NCBI RefSeq assembly: GCF_004010195.1 | Contig: NC_057759.1 | Coordinates: 7,554,211-7,590,222, forward strand | Reading direction: 5' to 3' | DNA: 36,012 bases | Source of the DNA: Chiloscyllium plagiosum | Lineage: Eukaryota | Part shown: positions 1 through 12,352 of the stretch, piece after piece | Numbering within the stretch: the stretch's first letter is position 1 | Layout of the letters: the number at the start of each line of letters is the position of its first letter | The notes under the pieces: model-generated | What the model saw: the letters and a program-made list of their open reading frames with translations, nothing else | What the model was told of the DNA's origin: nothing | Databases searched by the model: none | Made by a program: the position numbers and the translations under genes

Positions 1-480
1 AGGTAACACACCATCCTGAATTCCCATTTGCGGCCACAGAATCCCACATCTTCCCCTAACTATCAAGTCTCCTATCACTAAGTTCTTGTTCACCTGTACA
101 CTTTCCTGCAGTGCCCCAGAACCAGTTATTGTGCCACTGACCTGGCTACTGCTGTCTTCCACTGATTGGTTATCATCCGCAACAGTATCCAAGACAGTAT
201 TCGTGTTTTCAAATAAAATGGCCAGAGGGGAACTCTGCACTTTGCCTATTCCCATTGCCTTTCATAGTGGTCACCCAGCTAATCTCTCGGCACCTTGGGT
301 GTTACCAGTTCACTAAAACTATTACGTTTGAAGAACTCAGTATTTTGGATGAGTTCATCCAGCTACTGAACACGGCATCGCAGGAGCTACACCTGGGTGC
401 ACGTCCCACAGGTATAGTCCTGGAAGGCAATGGAAGTATCTCTGATCACCTACTTTCATTATGAGAAACATATGACTGGC
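1..480 (-). mobile_element. Degraded CR1-type LINE ORF1 (esterase) / 5' region
   Basis: Minus strand reads VIGDLIVRG and, after a frameshift, FCGRKWEFRMVCY, matching the ORF1 esterase block at 18162-18359. Confidence 0.7.
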
Positions 481-489
481 CTAAAATAA

Positions 490-950
490 AAAAAGGAAAG
501 TTAAAAGTGTTTCACATGAGCTTCCCTGTACCGTTTGCTGAGCCATTACTCTTCAAAACCGCTTGAGCTGAAGCCTTAGCTGTTTGTTTTTATATTCTGA
601 TCTACTGCACTCTCACAACTTATTTTACCTTCCTTTTCAGTCTTTTTCAGGATTTCTGTGGACTTTTAATGTTTTCAAAATCCTCTAGTTTCCAACGAAT
701 CTCCGACAGTTTGTGTGCATTAAATTCAGTTTGGTAGCATTTTATATTTCCTTAGATATAAATGGCTAATCATTCATTTATCTTCAGTCTTTCATTTTCA
801 CTGGCATAAATTTGTGCTGCGCACTGTGACAAATCGCTTTTCATGTCCTCCACTGTTTCTCAGTTGTCCCAGCATATTGACTTTCCCCAGTATATCGCAG
901 CCATCTGCTCCCTCATCAAATTGTGGTATTCTTTGTTTCAGCGTGTTTTA
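490..950 (-). mobile_element. Highly decayed LINE-like sequence
   Basis: Weak resemblance to minus-strand CR1 internal sequence; no intact motif. Confidence 0.3.
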
Positions 951-952
951 GC

Positions 953-1280
953 AGTGCCGCATGGCGGCTCAGTGTTTGGCACAGCTGCCTCACAGCGCCA
1001 AGCACCCGGTTTTGATTCTAACCCCGGGCGACTGTCTGTGTGGAGTTTGCACATTCTCTCTGTATCTGCATAGTTTTACTCCGGATTGTCCAGTTTCCTC
1101 CCACAGTTCAAAGATGTTCAGATTAGGTTAATAGGCCATTCGAAATTCCCCATAGTGTTCAGAGATATGTAGGTTGGGTGCGTTAGTCAGGGGAATTGTA
1201 GAGTAATAGGTACATGGAGTGGGTCTGGGTGGGTTGCTCTTTGGAGATATGTTGTGGACCTGTTGGGCCAAATGACCTCT
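953..1280 (+). mobile_element. tRNA-derived V-SINE (HE1-type of cartilaginous fish)
   Basis: A box tggcggctcagtgtttgg, degenerate B box ggttttgattc, V-domain tgtgtggagtttgcacattctc...cagtttcctcccacag, CR1-like tail ttgggccaaatgacct. Confidence 0.85.
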
Positions 1281-1289
1281 TCCTTCTTA

Positions 1290-1910
1290 CTCTCCATCTG
1301 TATTTTAAATTCAACTAGGCTGTGATCACTCCTTCTGAGAGAATCTCGACGAGATCATTAAGTATTCCATCTCATTACACTGGACCAGATTTAGGATAAC
1401 TTACTCATATGTTCCATTGCATACTATTTGAGGAACATATATTCTACGAGCCCGTCCGCAAGGCTGCCTTGACCAACTTAGTTTGACTACTCTATATGCC
1501 GATTAAAATGTCGCATGACAGCTGCTGTACCATTTCTAAGCACATTTGTTATTTCTTTGCTTATTGCCCATCCTTGTGTGAAGTTGTTGCTGGTGGCCTA
1601 TGGACTACATCCATCAATGACTTTGTCTCCTTATAATTGTTAATTTCCAACCATATTTATTCAACCTTTTTCTCCATGGAACCTGTATCATGTCTCACTA
1701 CTCCCCTGAAGTCCATATGACATATCTGAGGTACACCAACTCCCTCGCTTTCCTGTCTGTCCTTCCAAATGGTCTGATGTCCCGGATATTTAACTTCTAG
1801 TCGTGTCCACCTGCAACCGTTTCTCTGTAATATTCACTAAATCATATCCATTCATAATAACGCTAACTAACTTTCCTTGGTTAAAATCCTACGAACATTC
1901 AGGTAAAATG
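1290..1910 (-). mobile_element. Degraded CR1-type LINE, AP-endonuclease region
   Basis: Reverse strand shows ILNLVQCN and SDH-like endonuclease motifs, similar to 8300-8880. Confidence 0.6.
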
Positions 1911-2111
1911 CCCTGATGCAGTTTTGCTTTATTCTTTCTTTTTGTACCCCAAAATATCAATCAGAAGAACCTCTATTTTTAAACATGCTCTTTTTTTTTC
2001 TGTCACGACAAGGTATCCACTCACTTCACTGGCATACTGTCCTGCTGCATTTTATTCAATCCCTCTACCACCCTGGCTAACTCAGAGCCTCAACTTGAAT
2101 TGCCTGCTAAA

Positions 2112-2440
2112 TTAAGAACACCCGACAGTGCTGTATTTTGGCCCCAAAAACTCTACACAGAACAGCAATTGATGCTTGATTAACGTTTTGTACAAGTTCA
2201 GCATAATCTCCCTGCCACTCTTTGCACAACAGAGACTAATGCACGATTTAATTGCTGCTCGCTCCAACAGTTCTGCCACCGTCAGTGAGCTGTGCTCATG
2301 TACACTGAGGAAGCTCTGATCGGGGACCTCCTTTAAAATTGATACCCTTTCAGTGGTCTTCATCTAAAGTACATCAGCTCACTTTTTGTTATACTGAACC
2401 GTATTTGCCAATCATTTGCCAAATCCATTAACTTTCCCCA
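2112..2440 (-). mobile_element. Degraded CR1-type LINE ORF2 C-terminal fragment
   Basis: ORF 2112-2363 EIMLNLYKTLIKHQLLFCVEFLGP resembles CR1 VMFQLYKTLVRPHLEYCVQF (35291-35494). Confidence 0.7.
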
Positions 2441-2685
2441 ACTCCGTCATCCTAATTTTTTTTTAAATAGAGTCACTAACCCTGAATCTTCATGTGTCCT
2501 ACGTTAATATAATTAAAACACGTTTTCCTTACACTGCTTGCCTTTCCTTTCAATCTTGTGGTAACTACCTCTGCTAGCGTTACTGTCGGAGGATTGTTCT
2601 TTTTCCCCAATTTCTAGCCCCCAAGATTAATATTCAGTTCAGAAACCAACTTTTCAAATATGAACTAAATCATAATCATCTGGCA

Positions 2686-3310
2686 TACTTTATGGACCAG
2701 GCCAACCCCCTCAAAACATTTCAAGAAAATACTCGAACCTTAATTTTTCTACTGGTTTTCGTCAGATGTAAAGTTCATATTCCAGGAGTGAATCTGCTGG
2801 TTAAACCACAAAACAGAATTCAATCAAAAGATTACCAAATGAAACAAAAACAAAAGAGAAGGGAATAACGAATAACTTAACCTATCTGATACCCCAGCAA
2901 ATCATCCTAACTTACTGATGTTCTTCCAAATAATTGCAACAACGCGCGTAATCACACCTTGACCCAAAAAGTAAAATCAAACACAGGGTCTTACAGCAGA
3001 GAAATCAGACTAGACATGCTTTCTTTATTTCCCGCAGCGTTTTCAACTGTTTTACTGCTTTCAGTGAATGTCCAGACTGCCAAAAACCAAATCAAACCAG
3101 AGGTAACCTGAGCTGGGAGAACTGGCCACTGCCCTTTCATTGTGCCAGTGTTTTATTTTAACTTGAAAGCCTTTTGCTTGAGGCACTCTTTGGTATAATC
3201 AAATAGGCCCTAAAATCCAAGCAAGCCCAGACTTTTCCTAATCTGCATTTTTATGACCTGATAACGCACAAGGACAACATTACCGTGTTAAACGATTAGC
3301 ATCATCACAC
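2686..3310 (-). mobile_element. LTR-like element (Gypsy-type solo LTR)
   Basis: Begins TGTGA on the minus strand. Shares motifs (gagctg...cccctttcat) with the LTR at 9894-10509, and its terminal ttttgagggg motif recurs near 10685 and 23372. Confidence 0.55.
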
Positions 3311-3329
3311 ATACCACTTGCTAATGTTG

Positions 3330-4095
3330 CGTTTTTAACTCTATGCTCTTCCTCATGAGTTTTCAGTACGTCAGGTACTGAACTGTAAAATTTAGCCAAT
3401 ATGCACTTTGAAGACTAGAATGTGTTGCATGTACTTTTAGTGCCCGTATCCACCTATCAAAGTTGGTGATTTTTTTAAAATTCTGTCAAATTTTACGCAT
3501 GTTTGTTGATTTCTCCTCCTTAGCTTCGTAAAACGGTGAATATAGGCTTCTCGCACTAATTCATGAGTAAATAAGTCTTTTTTCCAACACATCATATTCT
3601 CCAGATACTTCCTCTGGAAGAGACGCAAGGAACTCATTTATTCTACCTCCCAAGTTTATTTGAATCAAAAATACCCACATGGCCAGGGGCCATTTCATTT
3701 CTTCCATCACCTCCTCAATTAATATGAAGTAACGGCATCTGCAACCTTTCGTCAAACCTTTGTAACGCTTTGAGATATTTAAACAGATCCCCACAAGGTC
3801 TTTGACAAAGTTGGGACTGCTCTTGATCACTGACCACATCACTACTCCCAACTTTCACCACCATTTTAAATCGAATTTTACATTTCAGTAAGAACATCCA
3901 AAGTTCCAAAGTTCTTTATTTCTACCTGTCTTCTCTCTCTTTGCACTTTTTTCTGCTAGGGCTACTTGTACATCCTTTTTCCTCTTCTGATTTCAATAGC
4001 AATGTTGCGCCTGCAGCACAGCGCGTTTTATCTCTTTTATCTAATAAAGAAACTACGGGTTGACTCTTAATTATGATAAATGGCAGTTCCCATTT
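3330..4095 (-). mobile_element. Degraded Gypsy (Gmr1-like) gag with SCAN-like region
   Basis: Frameshifted ORFs EEMKWPLAMWVFLIQ...LPEEVSGEYD and ELVREAYIHRFTKLRR; related to the gag relic at 8885-9830. Confidence 0.7.
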
Positions 4096-4139
4096 ATTTT
4101 CAACAATTCATATTATAACAACAAAATATACTACCTGGT

Positions 4140-4861
4140 AGCAATTTACACCACATGACTAATCAAATATCTTGTACTTTGCCTTACCTCTAAATAATCA
4201 TATACCACCACACGGGATCTTAGCCTTGATCCAAGAGGTGATGACCATCTCGTCTTCATCTGATGGTGGTCGCAGGGGTGTCTTCTTTTTATGGACGCTC
4301 GTCTTGCGTTACCGCTCCTGAGGGTGGTGTTGCATTGAATCAAATACTTCGAAGGCCTGATGTCCTTTGGTAGTGTTTTTGGTATCTACCAGTAGATTAA
4401 TAAGGGTTCAATCACCCTGATCAATCCGACGAACAAGCCGTTGACATTCTGATGGTAGTGTGGTCCTTTGTTATTCATTCCTGGAGATGTTAGTGGCAAT
4501 TAGAGCAGGTAGCCCTTTCGAAATAAGGATGTGAGGCGCCCTTCGTCTGGGAAACAACTCAATGTTACCGTATGGCATTCAGATAAATTACCTTCATTTC
4601 AAATTCAAGTGCATATTGTATTGTCTGCAGCTGCTGAGTCGTTTGTATACTGTCTGCCTGTAGCTTCGGCCTATCTGGTTTCTACTGCGTGTTTATTTTG
4701 GTGTATTTGTGCACAGAAACCTATGGGGAAGCCTTGCTTCAATTTCCCAGCTAACCTTATTGGTTGTCCTTTTTTCATAACTCTGTCATTTGTGCACTTG
4801 TTCCAGTCACAGTCCTTCTGCATGATCGTGAACTTGAAGTGTGATGGATCACACGATCACA
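4140..4861 (-). mobile_element. Probable LTR upstream of the gag relic
   Basis: Starts TGTGA on the minus strand and lies directly 5' of the gag fragment; no second copy in the window. Confidence 0.3.
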
Positions 4862-5474
4862 GGCCTACTTTCGTTTGTTGACTATATAATCATCCAATCT
4901 CAAGCAAAAACATTTAAGTAACTTAACTCTTACAGATAGCATATTGGGGCATCACATATAATGATATTAAGAAAACATAATCACACTATGTCTAAATGGA
5001 ATATCAAAATTCAAACTTAATAGCGAATCAAACAAGCATGCTAGATGAAAAATAAATAAGGCGTTGGAGAAGAGAAAAAGAAGGACCGAAAAATCAAACA
5101 AACGTTATAAAAACGAAGCATTCAGTGATCAAGGGTTATTGTGTACCCATGGTCTAATAATCCGGACAGAATTTTATGCAAACAATAGGATGAACGATTA
5201 TTTATTAGGCTAAACAAATACTTAATATGTCCATACAGCTTTTAATAAGCTTGTAGAGACCGTGAGTTTTCTGAAACTATGTACAGTCTCTGAGATTTTT
5301 ACCTTCTTCACGTGGAAAATTTTACCTTGAGGATGTTGAGGAGTACCAGCGTAACCACGATTAACAACACAGACAGATGTGACACACAAGTCGGAACTAG
5401 GTATTGATTTGTATTTTGGAGGACCAATCCATCATTGACCTGCTTTACTACCTTCTACGGGCTGTGACCAATGG

Positions 5475-5805
5475 NNNNNNNNNNNNNNNNNNNNNNNNNN
5501 NNNNNNNNNNNNNNNNNNNNNNNNNNNNNNNNNNNNNNNNNNNNNNNNNNNNNNNNNNNNNNNNNNNNNNNNNNNNNNNNNNNNNNNNNNNNNNNNNNNN
5601 NNNNNNNNNNNNNNNNNNNNNNNNNNNNNNNNNNNNNNNNNNNNNNNNNNNNNNNNNNNNNNNNNNNNNNNNNNNNNNNNNNNNNNNNNNNNNNNNNNNN
5701 NNNNNNNNNNNNNNNNNNNNNNNNNNNNNNNNNNNNNNNNNNNNNNNNNNNNNNNNNNNNNNNNNNNNNNNNNNNNNNNNNNNNNNNNNNNNNNNNNNNN
5801 NNNNN
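5475..5805. other. Assembly gap
   Basis: Run of 331 N. Confidence 1.
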
Positions 5806-6019
5806 CAAAGTTAAAAATCACACAACACCAGGTTATAGTCCAACAGGTTGAATTGGAAGCACTAGCTGTCGGAGCGCCGCTCCTTCATCAGGTGGTTGTC
5901 AGGTGAAGGAGCAGCACTCCAAAAGCTAGTGCTTCCAATTCAACCTGTTGGACTATAACCTGGTGTTGTGTGATTTTTAACTTTGTACACACTAGTCCAA
6001 CACTGGCATCCCCAAATCA
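5806..6019. mobile_element. Palindromic Penelope-derived non-autonomous element
   Basis: Inverted arms of about 85 bp (caaagttaaaaatcacacaacaccagg... / ...cctggtgttgtgtgatttttaactttg, 5806-5985) with degenerate hammerhead cores. Confidence 0.8.
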
Positions 6020-6289
6020 AGAATTTTGTCTGTTATCTCAGGTGGTACTCTGATAATTTGGCGTGTTTCTTTCCGATAAATAAATGCTCCATATGTTCGT
6101 TGCTGATTCAGGATGGAAACAGTCTCTACCTAATCTGATCTAGATTTTCTCTCCACTGTTCTATCACGCATTGTTCATACATACTGCACTGGATCTGTTG
6201 CCCGCTGCCATCTTCCAATTCTCCTTTTATTACCTGGTTTACTGTTTAGGCAAGTTTTTCTCTCATGGGTACGCTAATCCCAAATAGCT

Positions 6290-8882
6290 TGAGAACAAGA
6301 ACAAAGGAGAAAGAAAATTCCAGAAGAGGAACAGGCCCTTCAGCCCTCCAAGACTGTCCACCAAGCCACAACCTGATTTCTAAACCTGTCGCTTATTTTC
6401 TAAAGGTCTGTATCCCTTTCCTCCCTACCCATTCATGTATCTGTTTAGATATATCTTAAATGATGCTGTCGTGTCTGCCTCTCCCACCTCCGCTGGCAAT
6501 GCATTCCAGGTATCCACGACACGCTGCGTAAAGAAAATTCCATGCATATCTACCCTGAACGTTGCCTCCTTCACTTTGAACTCATTACTCTTCGTCATTG
6601 AGTCTTCAGCTCTAGGAATAAGCTTCTTGCGACTCACTCTCTCTATACGTCTCCACTAGGTCCCGACTCAACCTTAGTATTTCTAATGAATATAATCCTA
6701 ATCTGCTCAACCTCTCTTCATAGCTAGCGCCCTCCGTACCTGGCAACATCCTAGTGAACAGCCTCTTCACACTCCCCAAACCGTCCCCACCTTCAGGGTA
6801 CAATGGACCTGAAAGCACAGATCTCTCTATTCATCAACTTTACCAAAGGATCTTCCGTTTACAGTACAGTTCTCTCTAGAATTAGACTTCCCAAAATGCA
6901 TCACTGCAAACTTGCCTGGATTGAACTCCACCTGTCATTTTTCTGCTCATCGCTCCAGTCTATCTATATCCTCCAGTATGCTTTGACAGTCTCCCATGCT
7001 TTTTGCTACTCCACCAATTTTCGTGTCATCTGCAAACTTACTGATCAGACCAACAATACCCTCTTACAGATCATTTATGTATAATACAAACAACAGCGAT
7101 CCCAGCACTGATTCCTGTGGAACACCACTAGTCACCTTTCTCCATTTCGAGAAACTCTCTTCAACTAATAATTTCTGTCTCCTGTTGCTCAACCAATTCT
7201 TTATCCCCCTTGTTAGAACACACTGCACACCAAGTGACTTCACTTTCTCTATTAGTTTACCATGGGAAACCTTATCAAACGCCTTAGTAAAGCCCTTGTG
7301 GATGACATCCATAGCGCTTCCTTCATCTATCAACTTCGTCACTTCCTCAATGAACTCTATTAAGTTGGTAAGGCACGATCTACCCTGCATAATAAAAAAA
7401 ATTGCATATCACTGATAAGACCATTCTTTTCCAGATAATAGTAGATTTTATCCCTCGTACCTTCTCCAGCAACATGATTACCACTGACGTCAGGCTCACT
7501 GGTTTGTAGTTAACTGGAATATCCCAACAGCCTTTCTTGTACAGGGGTACAACATGAGCAACCGTCCAGTCCTCCACCACCTCACCTGTGTTTAAGGATG
7601 CTGCAAAGACATCTGTCAGAGCCCTGACTATTTCCCCTCTCGCCTCCGTCAGCAACCTGGGATATATTCCATCCAGTCCAGGGCGTTTGTCCACCGTAAT
7701 ATCCTTTAGTCTACCCAACACTTCTTCCCTCCTTATGTCAATGTGATCCAGTGTAAAGAAAATTCTGCTTCTAATATCGACATTCATCATGTCCCTCTCC
7801 TGTGAACACTGATGCAAAGTAATCATTAAGAATCTCAGCAGTTTTCTCACGTTCGACACATAACCTTCATTCCTTATCCTTTAGTGGACCACACTTTCTC
7901 AGGTTATCCTTTTGCTTCTCATACATGAATAAAAGGCCTTGGGGTTCTTTTTAATTCTGCTCGCTAACATTATTTCTTGACCCCTTGTAACCCATTTGAT
8001 TCCTCACTTAAGGTTGGTCCTTCTCTCCTTATATTCCTCTAAGGCCCGTTCTGTTATTAGCTGCCTGGATATTATGTACGCTTCCCTTTGCCTGTTGTCT
8101 AGTCATACGATTTCTCTGGTCTTCTACAGTTCACGAATCATGCCATTCCAATCTCTTGTTTTCAAAGGGATATGAGAGCTGATCCAGTACCATCTTCAAC
8201 ATATCTTTGAAAGCCTCCAACATGTCAAATGTGGACTTGCTTTAAAATTGCTGCTCCCAACTCACATTTCCCAGCTCCTGCCTAATTCTGATATAATTGG
8301 CCTTGGCCCAGTTTAGTACTCTTCCCTTAATACCACTTCATCTTTGCCTACGAATATTCTACAACTTACAGAATTGTGGTCAGTATTCCCAAAGAAGTCC
8401 CCCATAGCAACGTCACGCTCATTCCCCAACACCAGGCCCAATATAGCCCCTTTTCTGTTCGGACTATAGACATCCTGCTCTAGCGAACTTTCCTGGACTC
8501 TCCTTACAAATTTTGCCACATCCAGACCTCTGAAACCTCATGTTTCCCAGGCAATGTTGGAAAAATGAATATCTCCCATCACCACCACCCTGTCCAGTCT
8601 ACATTTTTCCATAATCTGTGTAACTCTTTTCTCTTTACCTCACGCTCACTGTTGGAAGACATACAAAACAGCCCCACCAATGCAACTGCACCCTTCTTCT
8701 TTCTCAGTTCTACCCATAACGCCTCATTGCTCAAGCCCTCCAGAGTGTCATCCTTTTTCACAGCCGTGATATCATCCCTAACTAGCAATGCAACTCCTCC
8801 CCCCTTTTACTTCCCTCCTTATCCTGTCTGAAGCATTTATATCCTGGAACATTTACTTGCCAATCATGTCCTTCCTTCAACT
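6290..8882 (-). mobile_element. CR1/HER1-type LINE, 5'-truncated ORF2 (endonuclease plus RT), degraded
   Basis: GRSCLTNL, KAFDKVSH, SGVPQESVLGSLLFVLYINDL, ALWVELR, ILGLVLGN/TDHN; 3' tail near 6290; internal deletion near 6800. Confidence 0.92.
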
Positions 8883-8884
8883 TT

Positions 8885-9830
8885 TTTTATGGATCAGCTC
8901 ATAGTCATCAGCCACTTCAGCTGCTAACCTTGCTGTTTCAACTCTCTGCACTTCCACATGAGTTCGTCCTGCATCTGGCAGTGAATTCCTCCAAAATAAT
9001 CACCTCCTTTCGCGTATCATATGTTTGCTCGATTTTTAAAACTTTTATCCATCTATGGAAATTATTCTGTTTGTTTCTGTCAAACTCAATATAGGTTTGA
9101 CAAGCGATCTTCCATAGACTCAAGCTCATCTGCACTTAAAATGGCTTTTTCCAATTCCTCGTACTCCCCAGATACCTCCTTTGATAGGATGCCAATACCT
9201 CACTCGCTCTGCGTCGAAGTTTCGTTTGGATCAATGAAACACTCATTGCCACTGGCGACTGCATTTTTTTCACCACTTTTTTCAAATTAAATGAAAAATT
9301 CTTCCACATCGTTTTCTTCAAATTAGCCAATGCTTGAACTTACTTAAACAGTTTATCACGACGCTTCTGACTAACAGGGATTTACTCATCATCACTCTCT
9401 TCCTCATAAGCCTACACTGAAATTTCAACTCCAGTCTTTTAAGCTGAGTTTTCCTTTTAAGTGTCACTGTTTAAAGTATAAAACACTGTATTTTTCTTCT
9501 TCTGCTCTTTCTTTTCCCCTCTCTTCTGCTTCTATTCATAACTCAAACTGTTCCATTTCTGCTGCCCTTTCCTTATCTCTTCCCTCCAACTCAAATTGCT
9601 TCATTTGCAGTTGAATTTTTTTTTTGCCATCTCTATAGATTATGATGGTTTCGCCAGCAAGTTTAAATGCTGAGCTACTGCTGTAATGATCTCTCCTTTC
9701 CTCACAGACACTGGCAATTCCACTGTCAACTTCTATGCAAATTCTTGCAATTTAGTCTTTTTCACTTTTTGCAAAGCATCAAAAGTCACCGTACCCATGT
9801 CCAGAAAACGTTTGGCGACTGGAAGAGCCA
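8885..9830 (-). mobile_element. Gypsy (Gmr1-like) gag relic with SCAN-like domain
   Basis: Starts MALPVAKRFL. Fragments LIQTKL..RASEV and QTYIEFDRNKQNNFHRWIKVLKIEQTYDTRKEVIILEEF; interrupted at 8885 by the CR1. Confidence 0.78.
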
Positions 9831-9893
9831 TTACTATCCCAAGCTTTGTCTACCCAACCAATTAACTCTCGAAATAAAGACATTAGCACCAAC

Positions 9894-10509
9894 TGTTTTA
9901 AATCCCGCACTGAAACCATTCTTAAATAGACAGCCCCAGACCATAATTTCGCAATTTGTTTCGGTCACTGTACAGTGAAAATTACCCGGATTAGGTTAGC
10001 TAGGTTGACTACTAGATTTTAAGGCACACAACATAAAATTCACAAAATTACACAGTGAAACACGAGGAACAGCATAAAGAACCCCCACAGAACTCAGTCT
10101 ATCCAAACTAAACTTAATTGTGCTGTTTCAAATATACACAACAGTCGCAATAAGCAAATTTCCTTTAACAACTAGTATATTAGGAACACATGGTTACAGT
10201 TTCAAGTTGAAGGGCATAAAGAGAGGGAGAGATGGTTTCAACAGAGCTCACTGTTGAACTCCTCACATATTCAGGACTGAACTAAACTGCTCATCTCCAG
10301 AGCTGACCTCGCCCCTTTCATCCTACAGTTTATTTCTAAAACATGACCACTGTGGCCTGAAGTCTCTTCTGTTTACATATAAACAAAAGGCCTCTCGAAA
10401 TCCTTTTCATTTCTGTACCAAATCAGACTGATTGGAGCTCGGCCCAGTTTATTATCCCTCTGAAAAAAAAGGAACAGATTTTCAAAAAAAAAGGACTAGA
10501 TTCGTGACA
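9894..10509 (-). mobile_element. 5' LTR of the Gypsy element
   Basis: TGTCAC...TAAAACA termini on the minus strand, followed by a TGG-containing PBS-like stretch and the gag ATG. Confidence 0.65.
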
Positions 10510-10710
10510 AAATTCTTAAGTTATCTGTTTTCTTATGTTTGTGTTTCACTCGTTAATGTTGTAAATAAATTCAGCTTTGTTTAAAAATCCATGTTCTGAA
10601 AAACTGCAGCCCTCCTGCAGTATCCACAAAACACCAACTTAAAGAAAATAGCCAATTTATGATCCGTGCTACTGTCTTGAATGTTTTGAGGGCGTCTGTC
10701 CGAGATGAAA
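10510..10710 (+). mobile_element. 3' part of an older LTR
   Basis: aataaa-containing segment ending aatgttttgagggcgtctg, similar to the LTR ends near 2690-2720 (minus strand) and 23370-23400. Confidence 0.45.
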
Positions 10711-11868
10711 TGTCCTTTGCGGGGCCGGAGCTGCTATGAAGACAGAGTTGGTGTAACTATAGAATTGAGGGAGCCTGTTGCATTGGGCAAAAATGGAACA
10801 GACATATGAGCAACTGTGTATCACGGAGGGAGGCTTCACATTTGAAGGAGAGGATGATGGTCGACTTTGTTCCAGGAGTAGGTGGCGGTTTTGTGTTCAG
10901 GAACATACACAGTGGTGAAAAACTATTTTTTGACAATTCTTCTTCACAATAAGCAAAAGAAGATTTAAATCAGCTCGAAAGTTAAGAAATTTACAATTGC
11001 TGATAATTTCAGTACTGAAAGGGATTTCTCAACGGAAATGATTTCAACCTAACAAAACGTTGAGAATGACCTGAAGGCTTTGGGTGATGATTCAACTATG
11101 TACAGTCTCTGAGATTTTTACCTTCTTCACGTGGAAAATTTTACCTTGAGGATGTTGAGGAGTACCAGCGTAACCACGATTAACAACACAGACAGATGTG
11201 ACACACAAGTCGGAACTAGGTATTGATTTGTATTTTGGAGGACCAATCCATCATTGACCTGCTTTACTACCTTCTACGGGCTGTGACCAATGGCGTTCGA
11301 ATTTGTTGTAAGTCCTCCGCCAAGAGTTTGTGAGCAGGAGTTCATCATTTGTGTTAAATTACACCTTTCCCCTTTTCTCTATTATTTTTCATATGCATTA
11401 GGCCTACTCTGGTCGGTATATGTGACCTAATGAAAAAGGTACTGTTGGTGGCATTACATTGTTCCATCCCAAGCTGATAAGTGCGCAGTGAGGTTGTGAG
11501 GCAATATTCGCCTCTTCCTTGTAGACTACCTGGGTGATGTTATTGTCCATGTTGCAAGCCTTAATGTGACAATTCAGACCGTGTTTGGTTTGAAGCCACA
11601 CCATGCATGTTCATTTCAATAAATTGAGTATGAGAATGTTATTACTGTGCTAATTTTGACATTCGTCCAGACTAATGCCTGTGATGTTTCCTTCCTTCTC
11701 CTCTACGCATGGTAAGGTGCTGTTACGTCCTAACCATAGATACTCTTGATTTCTACTTGAAGCACACTGTGTCCAAATCGGTCGTCCATGATTAATGGAA
11801 GTTGTAATAAAATACCGAATTCTTCCCCAGAAGTTCCCTTCTAAATTCTTGCGAACAAGAATTTTGTC

Positions 11869-12080
11869 CAAAGTTAAAAATCACACAACACCAGGTTATA
11901 GTCCAACAGGTTGAATTGGAAGCACTAGCTGTCGGAGCGCCGCTCCTTCATCAGGTGGTTGTCAGGTGAAGGAGCGGCACTCCAAAAGCCAGTGCTTCCA
12001 ATTCAACCTGTTGGACTATAACCTGGTGTTGTGTGATTTTTAACTTTGTACACACTAATCCAACACTGGCATCCCCAAAT
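11869..12080. mobile_element. Palindromic Penelope-derived element (duplicate copy) with target-site duplication
   Basis: Same hairpin, flanked by the direct repeat caagaattttgtc (11856-11868 and 12081-12093). Confidence 0.82.
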
Positions 12081-12352
12081 CAAGAATTTTGTCTGTTATC
12101 TCAGGTGGTACTCTGATAATTTGGCGTGTTTCTTTCCGATAAATAAATGCTCCATATGTTCGTTGCTGATTCAGGATGGAAACAGTCTCTACCTAATCTG
12201 ATCGAGATTTTCTCTCCACTGTTCTATCACGCATTGTTCATACATACTGCACTGGATCTGTTGCCTGCTGCCATCTTCCAATTCTCCTTTTATTACCTGG
12301 TTTACTGTTTAGGCAAGTTTTTCTCTCATGGCTACGCTAATCCCAAATAGCT

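Larger units (their letters stand above)
5275..11093. repeat. Tandem segmental duplication, copy 1 (true unit about 6.06 kb)
   Basis: 5275-5474 matches 11094-11293, and 5806-9585 is collinear with 11869-15689. The 331-N gap corresponds to 575 bp in copy 2. Confidence 0.92.

Noticed and set aside
953..1030. tRNA-like A and B boxes
   Set aside because: This is the head of a V-SINE, not a tRNA gene.
5404..5851. Long ORFs across N runs (also 15565-16245)
   Set aside because: Artefacts of assembly gaps.
10705..10790. CPLRGRSC and WCNYRIEGACC fragments suggesting a defensin pseudo-exon
   Set aside because: Different frames, in-frame stop, only five Cys, no acceptor; compatible with chance.
11144..11335. 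Minus-strand hydrophobic stretch LSVLLIVVTLVLLNILK with donor, and plus-strand ...GVRICCK*
   Set aside because: No in-frame ATG or good acceptor for the first, and no upstream Cys pattern for the second.
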